From: Euglena gracilis
Lineage: Eukaryota
NCBI GenBank assembly: GCA_039621445.1
Contig: CP154954.1
Span: forward strand, 49,393,847-49,457,846
Direction: 5' to 3'
DNA: 64,000 nt
This document shows positions 62,677 to 64,000 of this stretch, piece by piece; the stretch's first letter is position 1; every line of letters begins with the position of its first letter. Made by a program: the position numbers and the translations under genes. The notes under the pieces were generated by a model. It was not told the origin of the DNA. It saw nothing but the letters and a program-made list of their open reading frames with translations, and searched no databases.

Positions 62677-64000
62677 TAGGATAGGCACGGCATGTAGGCA
62701 GGATAGATAGATGTTGTGATAGATTTTTAAATTATCTCATTATTGTTACACATTATTGTTTCATTACATTACATTTGCATTGCATTGCATCACATTACAA
62801 TACATTGCACTGCATTACATTACACTACATCATATTACATGACATCACATTACATTAGACAGACAGACATAAAGACAGAGAGATGGATGGACGGATGGAC
62901 AGATAGATAGATTGATATGGTGGACTCTGAAAAAAAAAGTTCCCAGTGTTCACCTTGGCCCAATTTACCAGCTGACAACTTCCCGAGGGGGGGAGTGCAG
63001 CTGAATTGGAGCAAAGAATCCAATTTACTGGGAAATTGCTCGCTGCACCCCTGCCTGGGTCTTTCGTTCCCATCGGGTGCCCCCTTCAGCATGGACACAG
63101 CGGGTCAAAAGCCAAACGACCGGCAGAATGTGCAGTGCCTGGTCCAAGCCGGCGCCGAGATTTTAACGAAAAGGGGGAAGCCAAGGGCCGCAGGAGAAAG
63201 AGGAATGAGAAGATTGGGACGGGGGAAGAAGGGGGTGCGGAGAAAGAAGAAAGCGACAGCAAGGAGGGAGTGAAGATAGAGAGGAGAAAGAAGAAGGCGC
63301 CCCTATGGAAGATCGGAGGAAGACCGGGGGCGGTTAATGCGGAAGTAGCCGGAAAGAAAATGGGAAAGGAGGGGAAGAAAAACAGGAAAGAGGGGTGATG
63401 GATGGGAGGGGGGGAATCCTAGGGAGAGGGGGGCAGGGAAGAGCAAGGAGAAGACGGAGCAGGGGGAAAGAGAGGAGGAGTGGGGAGGAGGGGGGGGGTG
63501 GGATGAAAAGGAATACACCGCACAGCCCCCTCCCCCCCCCCCCCCCCCCCGCCCCCCCGCTCCTAAGGCCCTCGTCTTTCCGCAATCACCCGCCGCCCAG
63601 CAATTTCCCCCTTTTGACAACGCCAAATAGAAACCAGGTCGCGAATTGAAAAGGCACCTGCCCGATGGAACCCAGATCGCAGAAGGTGAAATATTGTCCA
63701 TGGGGGGATACAACATCGACTCTCGGCAAATGACAAAAAATGCTCAATTTCTGCATTTGGGCGTTTTAGGTGTCACAAAAAAGTCCAAACGTGGGACTTT
63801 TTCTTGTAAGTTTGTGAACATTTTGCAAATTGCTGTGGAATATTCAAAAAAAGCAAAAAAAACCTAAAAATTTTGATGTGAGGGAAGATGTGGTCCAAAT
63901 GCAGGATTTTTTCTTTGTCAAACTCATTTCCAAGCAGAACTCAGGAGGACACACAAAAAAAAAACCCGCAAAAACCTGAAGATTCGCCAAAAAAATATGG

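Noticed and set aside
63060-63620. Candidate Mpp10 5' exons (e.g. GAGLDQALHILPVVW)
   Set aside because: Could not be joined in frame with supportable splice signals.

Overview
Eukaryotic nuclear DNA, almost certainly euglenid (Euglena gracilis-like). Short GC3-rich exons, all on the minus strand, are separated by repeat-filled introns. Most introns lack GT-AG. Instead they follow the euglenid nonconventional pattern: intron +4..+6 (often CAG) pairs with -8..-6 (often CTG) and opens a terminal stem. Genes reconstructed by hand: (1) 940-26725, a ~35-exon, ~1170-aa receptor-like protein with a signal peptide, two PstS/PBP2-like domains, one TM helix and a degenerate class III cyclase-like domain; (2) unidentified exon clusters at ~30.2-33.9 kb and ~40.1-42.4 kb; (3) C-terminal exons of a Trf4/PAPD5-like poly(A) polymerase at ~44.0-48.7 kb, with no catalytic exons found; (4) Mpp10 at ~50.3-61.3 kb, 5' end unresolved. 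Main finding: several nonconventional introns equal a CAG...CTG TIR element plus exactly one copy of an 8-bp target-site duplication, split 3 nt + 5 nt. Free-standing CAGG-ended MITEs with 8-bp TSDs (hAT-like) lie in the same window, and one shares its terminal sequence with a predicted intron. This suggests a hAT-derived intron-generating system at several stages of decay. All exon boundaries are manual inferences without transcript data.
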